Shown one piece after another: positions 51,185-59,841 of a stretch of 64,000 nucleotides of DNA. Source of the stretch: an uncultured Gemmatimonadales bacterium. GTDB taxonomy: Bacteria > Gemmatimonadota > Gemmatimonadetes > Gemmatimonadales > Gemmatimonadaceae. The stretch spans positions 288,001-352,000 of the forward strand of contig CAVPQB010000004.1 in the NCBI GenBank assembly GCA_963707505.1, written 5' to 3'. Numbering within the stretch: position 1 is the stretch's first letter; each line of letters opens with the position of its first letter. The position numbers and the translations under genes are program-made. The notes under the pieces were generated by a model that searched no databases, was not told where the DNA came from, and worked only from the letters and a program-made list of their open reading frames with translations.

Positions 51185-51979
51185 ATGAACGCCGCGCCGG
51201 ACTCCATTCCCGCAGGGCGCCTGGCCGTCGATCTGAACGCCGACATGGGCGAGGGCTTCGGACGCTACAGGCTGAATGATGACGCGCTACTCGCGACGGT
51301 AACGTCGGCGAGCATCGCGTGCGGATTCCATGCCGGCGACCCGGTCGTGATGCGCGAGACTGTAACGAACGCGCTGGGGCGGGGTGTGACGATCGGTGCG
51401 CATCCGGGTTATCCGGACCTGGTGGGATTTGGCCGCCGTGATCTAGCAGTGACGCCATCCGAGGTCGAGGCGATGGTGGTGTATCAGATCGGTGCCTTGC
51501 AGGCGGTATGTGCCGCCGCAGGAGCGCATCTGCGATTTGTCAAACCGCACGGGTCGCTGTACAATCGCGCGGCACGAGATTCTGCTACGGCGGACGCGAT
51601 CGCGCGTGCGGTGCGCTCCGTGGATGCGTCACTCATTCTGCTGGGGCTCGCGCGAAGCGCGTTGATCGAAGCGGCGGCGCGGGTGGGGATTCGAAGCGTG
51701 AGCGAGGCATTTGTGGATCGCGGGTATCGCAGCGACGGAACGCTGGTGCCGCGCGGGGAGCCGGGCGCGATACTGATCGACGTCAGCACGATCGCCGAGC
51801 GAGCGTTGCGAATGGTGGAGACGAGTACGGTGCTTTCGGCTGATGGGACTGTCGTGAGTGTCCGTGCGGAATCGCTGTGCACACATGGCGATGGCCCCGA
51901 CGCGGCTGAAATTGTTCGTGCGGTCCGGATGCGCCTGGAGCAGGCTGGCGTCAGCGTGGCGTCGTTCGCGCGCCCCTGA
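51185..51979 (+). CDS. pxpA: 5-oxoprolinase subunit A (LamB/YcsF)
   Basis: DLNADMGEGFG, ACGFHAGDP, GAHPGYPDL.GFGRR, KPHGSLYN, CTHGD. Confidence 0.93.
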   Translation: MNAAPDSIPAGRLAVDLNADMGEGFGRYRLNDDALLATVTSASIACGFHAGDPVVMRETVTNALGRGVTIGAHPGYPDLVGFGRRDLAVTPSEVEAMVVYQIGALQAVCAAAGAHLRFVKPHGSLYNRAARDSATADAIARAVRSVDASLILLGLARSALIEAAARVGIRSVSEAFVDRGYRSDGTLVPRGEPGAILIDVSTIAERALRMVETSTVLSADGTVVSVRAESLCTHGDGPDAAEIVRAVRMRLEQAGVSVASFARP

Positions 51980-52002
51980 CACTCGCCGACTCGTGACGTT
52001 CT

Positions 52003-52653
52003 GTGGATGAATTCCCGATAATACAGCAGCTCGGTGATGATGCACTGCTCGTAACGTTTGGGCGCACCATATCCTGGGAAATCGGCGTCCGCGTGCGCAC
52101 CGCTGCTCGGCGCATACGCGACACGCATCTGCCTTCAGTTACGGATGTGGTACCGGCATACACTACACTTGCAGTGTACTTCGACAGTCGAGAGTCGTCG
52201 TTCGCGACTGTATCGTCGGCGGTTGCGAGTCTGATCGACGATACGACAGTGGGCGACAGTGGCGGCTCGACGTTGGTCGAGATTCCCGTGCGCTATGACG
52301 GGCCCGATCTCGCAGAAGTTGCGGAGCGTACGGGGCTGACGCGGGACGAGTTGATCGAGAAGCACTGTTCGCGGACGTATCGCGCGTACATGACTGGCTT
52401 CGCTCCGGGCTTCACCTATCTCGGTGATCTCGACGAGGCACTGGTACTTCCGCGTCGCACGAACCCGCGCGTGCGCGTTCCCGCGGGATCGGTCGCGATA
52501 GCTGGCGCGCAGACGGCGGTTTATCCGCTGGTAACGCCGGGAGGATGGCATCTCATCGGAACTACGTCGATTGCGATGTTCGATCCGGAGCGTGATCCAC
52601 CGGCACTCCTTCGCGCTGGAGATTCCGTTCGGTTCGTCAGGATCGAAACATGA
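52003..52653 (+). CDS. pxpB: 5-oxoprolinase subunit B
   Basis: LGDDALLV, DVVPAYTTL, IPVRYDGPDL, GFAPGFTYL, VPAGSVAIAG, TPGGWHLIG. Confidence 0.93.
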   Translation: MDEFPIIQQLGDDALLVTFGRTISWEIGVRVRTAARRIRDTHLPSVTDVVPAYTTLAVYFDSRESSFATVSSAVASLIDDTTVGDSGGSTLVEIPVRYDGPDLAEVAERTGLTRDELIEKHCSRTYRAYMTGFAPGFTYLGDLDEALVLPRRTNPRVRVPAGSVAIAGAQTAVYPLVTPGGWHLIGTTSIAMFDPERDPPALLRAGDSVRFVRIET

Positions 52654-53525
52654 GCGACGTAATTACTGTAATGACAGCACCGCCGTTTGCGACGATACAG
52701 GATCTGGGACGAACTGGCTTCCGTGATTCTGGAGTTCCGGTATCGGGGATCGCGGATCGGGAGTCGGGTTTGCTGCTCAATGCGACCCTGGGGAACGATC
52801 CCAACGCGGCGATGATCGAGTGGGCAGTGGGCGGCGGTGCGCTTCGCTGTGAGTGCGCGGCGAAGATCGCGATTGGTGGAGCGGATGTCGTAGTGACTAT
52901 TGATGGAATGCCCGTGGATCACCGGATGCCGATCTCCGTCATCGAGGGGGATGAGTTACAGATCGTGCGCATCGTGCGCGGGCGATTTGTTCTGATCGCG
53001 GTTCGCGGGGGGATCGACGTGCCTGTCGTGCTGGGCAGCCGATCGACGCTACTGAGCGCCGGAATCGGAGGGTTTGAAGGGCGCAGGCTGCGCAGTGGCG
53101 ATCAGTTGCCCATTGGAGGTCACCTGGCCTCCTCGCATGACAACCTCAAATACGCCAGACGACCGCGCCGTCCGAATGTCGACGGGCCAGTGATGGTGAT
53201 GCGCGGGCCGCAGGCTTCGTTGTTCGACGATGCTGCCTGGGCGACGTTCCTGAGCTCGGAGTTTGTGGTGTCGCTCGCGTCGGACAGAAGCGGTTATCGA
53301 CTGGACGGGGTCACGATCTCACACAGCGGGTCTGCCGCGTTGCCGTCCGAACCGGCTTGTATTGGTGCGATACAGATTCCGGATGGCGGTACGCCGATAG
53401 TGATCATGAACGACGGGCCGACCGTGGGCGGATACCCGAAGATCGCGATAATCAGGGATTCGTGTCTGTCGAGATTCGCGCAGATGGCCCCGGGGGATCG
53501 GTTGCGGTTTGCGCTCGACGGGTGA
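52650..53525 (+). CDS. pxpC: 5-oxoprolinase subunit C
   Basis: TIQDLGR, LGSRST, SDRSGYRL, GAIQIP, GPTVGGYPKIA; ATGA overlap with pxpB. Confidence 0.92.
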   Translation: MSDVITVMTAPPFATIQDLGRTGFRDSGVPVSGIADRESGLLLNATLGNDPNAAMIEWAVGGGALRCECAAKIAIGGADVVVTIDGMPVDHRMPISVIEGDELQIVRIVRGRFVLIAVRGGIDVPVVLGSRSTLLSAGIGGFEGRRLRSGDQLPIGGHLASSHDNLKYARRPRRPNVDGPVMVMRGPQASLFDDAAWATFLSSEFVVSLASDRSGYRLDGVTISHSGSAALPSEPACIGAIQIPDGGTPIVIMNDGPTVGGYPKIAIIRDSCLSRFAQMAPGDRLRFALDG

Positions 53526-53585
53526 CGATGGTTGCGTTTCGCGCAATCCCGCGCCGCGGTCGCGATAGGCGCCCGAGCCGGTCGG

Positions 53586-54806
53586 CTACGCCGCCGCTGC
53601 GTCCTGGATCTGACGGTTTGGATTCCTTGGGTCGTCGATCTTCAATGCGACAAACAGCCCGACCAACACCAGGCCCGAGGATACCAGGAACGGAATCGAG
53701 TGGCCGAAGCGGTCGTACGTGTAGCCGGCAAAGAGCGGCACTATCACGCGCGCAAGTCCGCCGAATGTCTGTTGCACGCCCATGTACAGGCCGCGCTCGT
53801 TTCTGCTGATGACGCGCGACAACATCGACGTGACGCAGGGGAAGGTGAATGCGGTTCCGAGCGGTATCAATGTCACGGCGAGATACAGCGTGATGTACGT
53901 CGGCATGAGCGGGAACGCGCCGAGTCCGGCTGCGAGCATCACAAGGCCGATTCGTGACAGCCTGACCTCGCCCCACCGATCGACCGCCTTGCCGAGTATT
54001 CCGGCACGCGTGATGACGGAAATCGTCCCCATGAACGTGAAGATCACCCAGATACGATCGGCGGTGATGCCGAACTTGTCATCGAGGAAGAGCGCGAGGA
54101 TCGCCGTGATTCCCTGAAATGCGCCGATGCCGATCGCGTACACCCAGATGAGCCGTGGTGCTGCTTCACTGGTGCGCGTGAAGACGTGCTTCACCGCTGC
54201 GAACGATGCTCCACGCTTTGGCTCTACGTGTTTCGCCTCGACCATGTCGCGCGATTCGGACAGGTAGCGCCAGGCGAAGACGATATTGAGCACGCATAGA
54301 GTGGCGGCGATCAGGCCGGGGCCGTGAACGTCGAACAGCTTGAGAGCAAACGATCCGACGGGTGGGCCAAGTGCGACTCCGACGTTCGTCGCGGCTGAGA
54401 TCCAGCCGAGTGCCTTGGCGCGCTCCTCCGGCTCGACCGCGTCCGCAACGTACGCCTGCACGACGCCGGTTGTGCCACCGCCAGCGCCCTGCACGACGCG
54501 TGACAGGAGCAGCAGCCATATCGTATTCGAGTATGCGAACACGACGTACGCGATCGCCGCGGCACCGAGCCCAAAGAGAAGCGCCGGACGACGCCCGTAG
54601 CGATCCGAAACTCTGCCCCAGAATGGCGCGCTGAGCAGCTGCGCGGCCGTGAACGACGACATGAGCAGCGCGACCATGAGCGCACTCGCACCGAACGATC
54701 GCGCGTAGTACGGCATGAGCGGGATGATCATGAGCAGCCCCACCATGTCGACGAACGCCGTGATGATGAGTGCTGTCAGGCGTCCAAGCGCCGCGCTTCT
54801 GGCCAC
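53586..54806 (-). CDS. MFS transporter, DHA1/TetA-like
   Basis: FVDMVG, WGRVSDRYGRRP, SRVVQG, AYVAD...ERAKALG, GPPVG. Confidence 0.9.
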   Translation of the reverse strand: MARSAALGRLTALIITAFVDMVGLLMIIPLMPYYARSFGASALMVALLMSSFTAAQLLSAPFWGRVSDRYGRRPALLFGLGAAAIAYVVFAYSNTIWLLLLSRVVQGAGGGTTGVVQAYVADAVEPEERAKALGWISAATNVGVALGPPVGSFALKLFDVHGPGLIAATLCVLNIVFAWRYLSESRDMVEAKHVEPKRGASFAAVKHVFTRTSEAAPRLIWVYAIGIGAFQGITAILALFLDDKFGITADRIWVIFTFMGTISVITRAGILGKAVDRWGEVRLSRIGLVMLAAGLGAFPLMPTYITLYLAVTLIPLGTAFTFPCVTSMLSRVISRNERGLYMGVQQTFGGLARVIVPLFAGYTYDRFGHSIPFLVSSGLVLVGLFVALKIDDPRNPNRQIQDAAAA

Positions 54807-55141
54807 TAGCGGACGCGTGATGTTGAAGGGCGGCGGTACTGGATCACGCCGGGAGCCGCGGTTGCGAGTCGGTCAGGGTGCGGCTGTGGGATGTCCATGC
54901 GTTCATGAGGCTGGAACTGCACCGGACATATTGGGCCGGCGCCGTGCAGCGGATATTGAAGTGACATCGCATCTGGTGGGAATTTAGCCGACGGAACGGC
55001 GCCAGGAGTGCGGGGTGACCGTGGCGAGGGGTCTACGATGCGTAAATGAATGAGGTCTGAGCTCCCACCCCGCGGAGACATCCGTTCGCCGCGTCCCGGC
55101 TACCGCTGGAGCGGTCGAACCGCGTATGACGTGAACCGTGG

Positions 55142-55996
55142 CTACGTCTCGGCCCGCCCCAGCGCCGCCGGCGCGATCGCGCGCCCCACTACGCCGGCCA
55201 GCGCCACGACCGTCAGCACGTACGGGATCATCTCGATGAACTGAGATGCGATCACATGGTTGCCCTGCAGATGTATCTGCACCGTTTCCGCAGCCGCGAA
55301 CAGCAGACACGCGGCACCTGCACGCAACGGGCTCCAGCGGCCGAAGATCACCGCCGCAACCGCGATGAATCCCCGACCCGCTGTCATCTGGTCGGTGAAC
55401 TGATGCTGATCCAGCGCCAGATACACGCCACCCAGCGCCGCGAGCGCACCGGATAGCAGAACTGCCATGTACTGAACGCGGTGCACGGGGACTCCGACGC
55501 TCGCCGCGGCCTCCGGCTTCTCGCCGGTGGCTCGTACGCGCAGGCCAAATGTGGTTCTGAACAGAATGAAAGCGACGACCGGCGTCGAGAGCAATCCGAG
55601 CCAGAGAAGTGGATCGCCGTATCCCGCGGCGAAACCGGTGACTCGCGGTGAATTGGAAGAGCTGTCGAACAGGAGCTTGAGGAAGAAGCGCGTGATCCCG
55701 ATCGCGAAGAGATTGATCGCGATGCCGACGATAACCTGATCCGCGCGATATCTGATCGACGCAACTGCATGGATGAGCGCGAGCACCACGCCACCGCCAA
55801 TACCGCACAACGCGCCAATGACCGGGCTGCCAGAATAGAACGTACCGACGACCGCTGCGAACGCGCCGCCGAGCATGTACCCTTCCAGCGTGAGCGAGAT
55901 GATGCCGGAACGCTCGGCGATCACTCCGCCCGCAGTGGCGAACAAGTACGGTACCGCGATGCGAAGGATCTGCGTGACGATTGCGAATGTGTTCAT
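55142..55996 (-). CDS. ABC transporter permease (nucleoside/CUT2 family)
   Basis: ERSGIISLTLEG, TFGLRVRATGE.PEAA, AGRGFIAVAAVIFGRW, IPYVLT. Confidence 0.92.
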   Translation of the reverse strand: MNTFAIVTQILRIAVPYLFATAGGVIAERSGIISLTLEGYMLGGAFAAVVGTFYSGSPVIGALCGIGGGVVLALIHAVASIRYRADQVIVGIAINLFAIGITRFFLKLLFDSSSNSPRVTGFAAGYGDPLLWLGLLSTPVVAFILFRTTFGLRVRATGEKPEAAASVGVPVHRVQYMAVLLSGALAALGGVYLALDQHQFTDQMTAGRGFIAVAAVIFGRWSPLRAGAACLLFAAAETVQIHLQGNHVIASQFIEMIPYVLTVVALAGVVGRAIAPAALGRAET

Positions 55997-56000
55997 CGCG

Positions 56001-57119
56001 TCAGACCGCCGCGGCCGGCGGCTCGGTCGCGACCGGAGCCGAATCGAGTGGCGGTGTCGTGACTGGACGCCGTCGCGAGCCAAGCAGGATGCGCTGCACC
56101 TCGGGAACAGATGCTGCGATCGCTATGATGACGACGCCCTGCAGCACGTCCACCATCTGCTTCGGCACGAATGCGTTGACGGCAAGGCCACCCTGCGACA
56201 GCGTCGCGAAGAACAGCGCGGCGAGTAATATGCCGAATGGATTGTTGCGGCCGACGAGGGCAACGGCGATTCCGAGAAACCCCGTGCCGCCAGCGAATCC
56301 ATCCTCGTAGTAGTACTTGTAGCCGAGCACGAAGTTGATGCCGCCGAGCCCGGCGATGACACCGGACACCGTCATCGCGCTGAAGAGAACGCGACCGACG
56401 GAGATCCCTCCGTACTCGGCGGCTTCGGGCTGCAGGCCTACTGCACGAAGCTCGTATCCTCCACGCGTGCGGAACATGTAGTACCACATCGCGATCGCGG
56501 TGAGTAGAACAGCTATCACCGACAGATTCGCAGCGGAGCCGTGGAACGCCGGCAGCACCGCGCTGAGGCGCGAGATCGCGCCCGCATGAATCTCGGGCGT
56601 GTGCAACGTTTCCGGTACACGCAGCTTCGTTGCAATGAACCAGTTGAGCAGCGCTAGCACGACGAAGTTGAGCATGATGGTCGTGATCACCTCGTGCGCG
56701 CCGAAACGAACGCGCAAATATCCTGGCACCGCGCCGACAACCCCACCAGCGGCTGCGGCACCGAGGCAGCCAAGCAGAATCCCGAGCAGAGCGGGGAACC
56801 CAACCGGTAGTGCGAAACCAACCAGCGCGGCGGCGAGTCCGCCCGCCGCGAGCTGGCCCTCGCCGCCGATGTTGAACAGACCTGCGCGATACGCGAATGC
56901 GACTGCCATTCCGGTGAATGAAAGCGTCGTCGCCTTGTACAGAACCTGACCAAAGCCGTACGCGTTACCCCAGGTTCCCTCCAGCAACAGTCGCCATACG
57001 ACCAGTGGCGACTGGTTGAAGCTGAGCATCAGGATGTCGCCAGCCACGAACGCGATGAGGATCGCAACGACAGGAGGAAACAGCGCCTCCTCTATCTTTT
57101 CGCGCTGTGCCGCCGTCAT
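56001..57119 (-). CDS. ABC transporter permease (nucleoside/CUT2 family)
   Basis: GLFNIGGEGQ, HEVITTIMLN, GYELRAVG...AAEYGGI, GFLGIAVALVGRNNP. Confidence 0.92.
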   Translation of the reverse strand: MTAAQREKIEEALFPPVVAILIAFVAGDILMLSFNQSPLVVWRLLLEGTWGNAYGFGQVLYKATTLSFTGMAVAFAYRAGLFNIGGEGQLAAGGLAAALVGFALPVGFPALLGILLGCLGAAAAGGVVGAVPGYLRVRFGAHEVITTIMLNFVVLALLNWFIATKLRVPETLHTPEIHAGAISRLSAVLPAFHGSAANLSVIAVLLTAIAMWYYMFRTRGGYELRAVGLQPEAAEYGGISVGRVLFSAMTVSGVIAGLGGINFVLGYKYYYEDGFAGGTGFLGIAVALVGRNNPFGILLAALFFATLSQGGLAVNAFVPKQMVDVLQGVVIIAIAASVPEVQRILLGSRRRPVTTPPLDSAPVATEPPAAAV

Positions 57120-58735
57120 GCTGCTTCTCTCGCGCCGGTCATGTACTCTCCGAGCACTTCCTCGGTCGCATCCGCCGCAGGCATCACGACGACGAAGCGA
57201 CCGCCGCACATCACGGCAACGCGGTCAGACAGCGACAACACTTCGTTCAGCTCGGCGGAAACCAGCAGGATCGCCTTGCCGGCATCGCGCGCGGCGATCA
57301 GGCGCGCATGGATGAACTCGATCGCGCCGACGTCGACCCCGCGCGTCGGCTGCGACGCGAGCAACACTGAATAGTCGCGACCGCCGCCCATCTCCCGTGC
57401 CACAACGACCTTTTGCTGGTTTCCACCTGATAGCGCGCGAGCGGGTAGCGATGCGTCGGTCGGGCGAATGTCGAAGCTACGTATCTGCTCGCTGGCGTAG
57501 TCGGCGATCGCCGCGCGATCGAGCGAGCCGTGGTGCGTGAAGCGATGTTGCATGCCCAGTATGAGATTGTCGGCGACTGAATAATTCATTATCAGTCCAC
57601 GCCGTTGGCGATCTTCGGGAATGTGTGACAGACCCGCATCCGTTCGCTCGCGCGGGGAGGCGGAGGTAAGATCCCGTCCTCCAATTCCAACGTAGCCGCC
57701 CGCGATCGCGCGCAATCCCGCGATCGCTTCGATCAATTCACTCTGTCCGTTGCCCTCGACTCCCGCGATCCCGAGAATCTCGCCGGGTCTGACGGTGAAC
57801 GAGACGTCGTTCACTTCGTACGATTTGCGAAAACCCGTAACCAGAAGGTTACGCACTTCCAGGCCGCTTGATGGCGCGTCGGTCGACGTGTTTGCCGCTC
57901 GCGATGCGGTGGCTGCATTCGCGGCCGCTGCGGTCTCTGTAACGATCGCGAACTCACGAGTCGTAAGCCGCACATGGCGGCCCACCATTGCCTGCGCGAT
58001 CTCGGCGGGATTCGTGTCCGCGGTATGGAAGTGCGCCACCGTTTCACCGGCGCGCATCACGGTGATGTTCTCGGAAAGCGACATCACCTCGTCCAGGCGG
58101 TGGGTGATGATGATGACCGTGCCGCCGTTGTCGCGGACGCGCCGCAATACCTGCGCGAGCTCCTTCACTTCCGGCGGTGAGAGCACCGCGGTCGGCTCGT
58201 CGAGCACGAGGATCTTCGCGCCGCGATAAAGCGTCTTCAGAATCTCCACGCGTTGCGCCTCGCCCACGGAGAGGTCGGCGACGAGTCGCGTTCCGTCGAT
58301 CACCAGTCCTGTCTCGTCGCCAAGTCGCTTCACGTCCGCGACCGCACGCCTGTAATCCACCTGACCGCCGCGCGTGGGCTCCTTGCCGAGCACGAGGTTC
58401 TCGGCGACTGTGAGCGTCGGCACGAGCATGAAGTGCTGATGCACGACGCCGACTCCAGCTGCAATCGCGTCCGGCGTGCTCCATCCCGTGACGTCGCGGC
58501 CATTCACTTCGAGAGTGCCGGAATCCGGCGTCAGCAACCCGCCCAGAATGCGCATGAGAGTGGACTTGCCAGCTCCGTTTTCGCCGACGAGTGCATGGAT
58601 CTCGCCGAGTGCGACTTCGAGAGACGCATCGCGATTGGCGCGCACCGGGCCGAACGACTTGCAGATATCGTGCATCCGCACAGCGAGCGTGCGCGTTTGC
58701 GGGGGCTTCTGTGCGGAGGTCTGCGAGGTCGTCAT
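57116..58735 (-). CDS. ABC transporter ATP-binding protein (tandem domains, CUT2 family)
   Basis: GENGAGKS, VHQHF, LDEPT, GVEGNGQ, LSGGNQQK, QPTRGVD. Confidence 0.95.
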   Translation of the reverse strand: MTTSQTSAQKPPQTRTLAVRMHDICKSFGPVRANRDASLEVALGEIHALVGENGAGKSTLMRILGGLLTPDSGTLEVNGRDVTGWSTPDAIAAGVGVVHQHFMLVPTLTVAENLVLGKEPTRGGQVDYRRAVADVKRLGDETGLVIDGTRLVADLSVGEAQRVEILKTLYRGAKILVLDEPTAVLSPPEVKELAQVLRRVRDNGGTVIIITHRLDEVMSLSENITVMRAGETVAHFHTADTNPAEIAQAMVGRHVRLTTREFAIVTETAAAANAATASRAANTSTDAPSSGLEVRNLLVTGFRKSYEVNDVSFTVRPGEILGIAGVEGNGQSELIEAIAGLRAIAGGYVGIGGRDLTSASPRERTDAGLSHIPEDRQRRGLIMNYSVADNLILGMQHRFTHHGSLDRAAIADYASEQIRSFDIRPTDASLPARALSGGNQQKVVVAREMGGGRDYSVLLASQPTRGVDVGAIEFIHARLIAARDAGKAILLVSAELNEVLSLSDRVAVMCGGRFVVVMPAADATEEVLGEYMTGAREAA

Positions 58736-59769
58736 CTGGTCGTCGGCACCTTGATCTTGCCGGCGATGATATCTGCCTTGATCGCCTCGACACGTGCGTG
58801 TACGGAATCGGGGATCAATTCCTTGTTGTGCTCATCATACACGTAGCCCACACCGCCCTCCTTGAGGCCGAACGAGTACACGCCGCCGTGGAACTGTCCC
58901 CCATGCACCCGTCGTATCACGTCGAACGTCGCTGCATTCACCCCCTTGACCATCGATGTGAGGATGTAGCCGGGTGCGTCCTTGTACTGATCCGCGTCGA
59001 CCCCGATCGCGAGCTTGTGCATCGCGCGTGCTGCCTCGAATACGCCCTGGCCGGTTGCACCGCTGGCGTGGAAGATTATGTTGACGCCGGATTGATACTG
59101 GCTCAAGGCGAGTTCCTTGCCGCGGCTGGGATTCTTGAACGCATCGGGCGTGACACCGGCGTATTGTGCGATAACCGTGCAGTCCGGACAGACGTACTTC
59201 ACACCCGCGGTATAACCCGCCTCGAACTTGTGAATCAGCGGGATGTCCATACCGCCGATGAAACCGACTTTCTTCGAGTGCCCGACCAGCGCTGCGAGTG
59301 ATCCCACGAGAAAGGAGCCCTCTTCCTCGCGAAACTTGAGCGCCGCAAGATTTGGCGGCGGCGGAATCAGCTTGCCGGTGGAATCGTAGGCGAGCGACAG
59401 GTCGATGCCGGCAAAGTTGATGTTGGGATATTCGCGGGCGAGGTTGGTCAGGTCATCCGTAAAGATGAAGCCGACGCCCATCACCAGATCCATCTTCTCC
59501 GCGGCGAGCAAGCGAAGTCCTGACTCGCGATCGGAGCCATCGCCAGGCTCGATGTAGCGCACCGTGACGCCGAGCATTCGGCGCGCACTGTCCGCACCCG
59601 CGTATGCACCATCGTTGAACGACTTGTCGCCGCGACCGCCAACGTCGAAAACAATTCCTACGGTAGTGCCGGAGCGGGCGAGGGTCGCGTTGCCGCGCCC
59701 TGCGCCAGCGAGCATTAGAGCGGCATGGGCCGCGAGCAGTACCACTACGGCGATTATGATCTTGCGCAC
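58732..59769 (-). CDS. BMP family ABC substrate-binding protein (nucleoside-binding)
   Basis: GGRGDKSFN, FREEEGSFLVG, GFIGGM..P.IHKFEAGY, IGVDADQ, TSMVK. Confidence 0.93.
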   Translation of the reverse strand: MRKIIIAVVVLLAAHAALMLAGAGRGNATLARSGTTVGIVFDVGGRGDKSFNDGAYAGADSARRMLGVTVRYIEPGDGSDRESGLRLLAAEKMDLVMGVGFIFTDDLTNLAREYPNINFAGIDLSLAYDSTGKLIPPPPNLAALKFREEEGSFLVGSLAALVGHSKKVGFIGGMDIPLIHKFEAGYTAGVKYVCPDCTVIAQYAGVTPDAFKNPSRGKELALSQYQSGVNIIFHASGATGQGVFEAARAMHKLAIGVDADQYKDAPGYILTSMVKGVNAATFDVIRRVHGGQFHGGVYSFGLKEGGVGYVYDEHNKELIPDSVHARVEAIKADIIAGKIKVPTTR

Positions 59770-59841
59770 GGGTGGTAAATATAGATGTTGGCCCCCGCTG
59801 GCGGCTCCCCGGCTCCCCGGGGAGCGCACAGCGCATATCTG

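Noticed and set aside
54806..55081. 91-aa minus-strand ORF
   Set aside because: Pro/Arg/Ser-rich, no motif, atypical codon usage.
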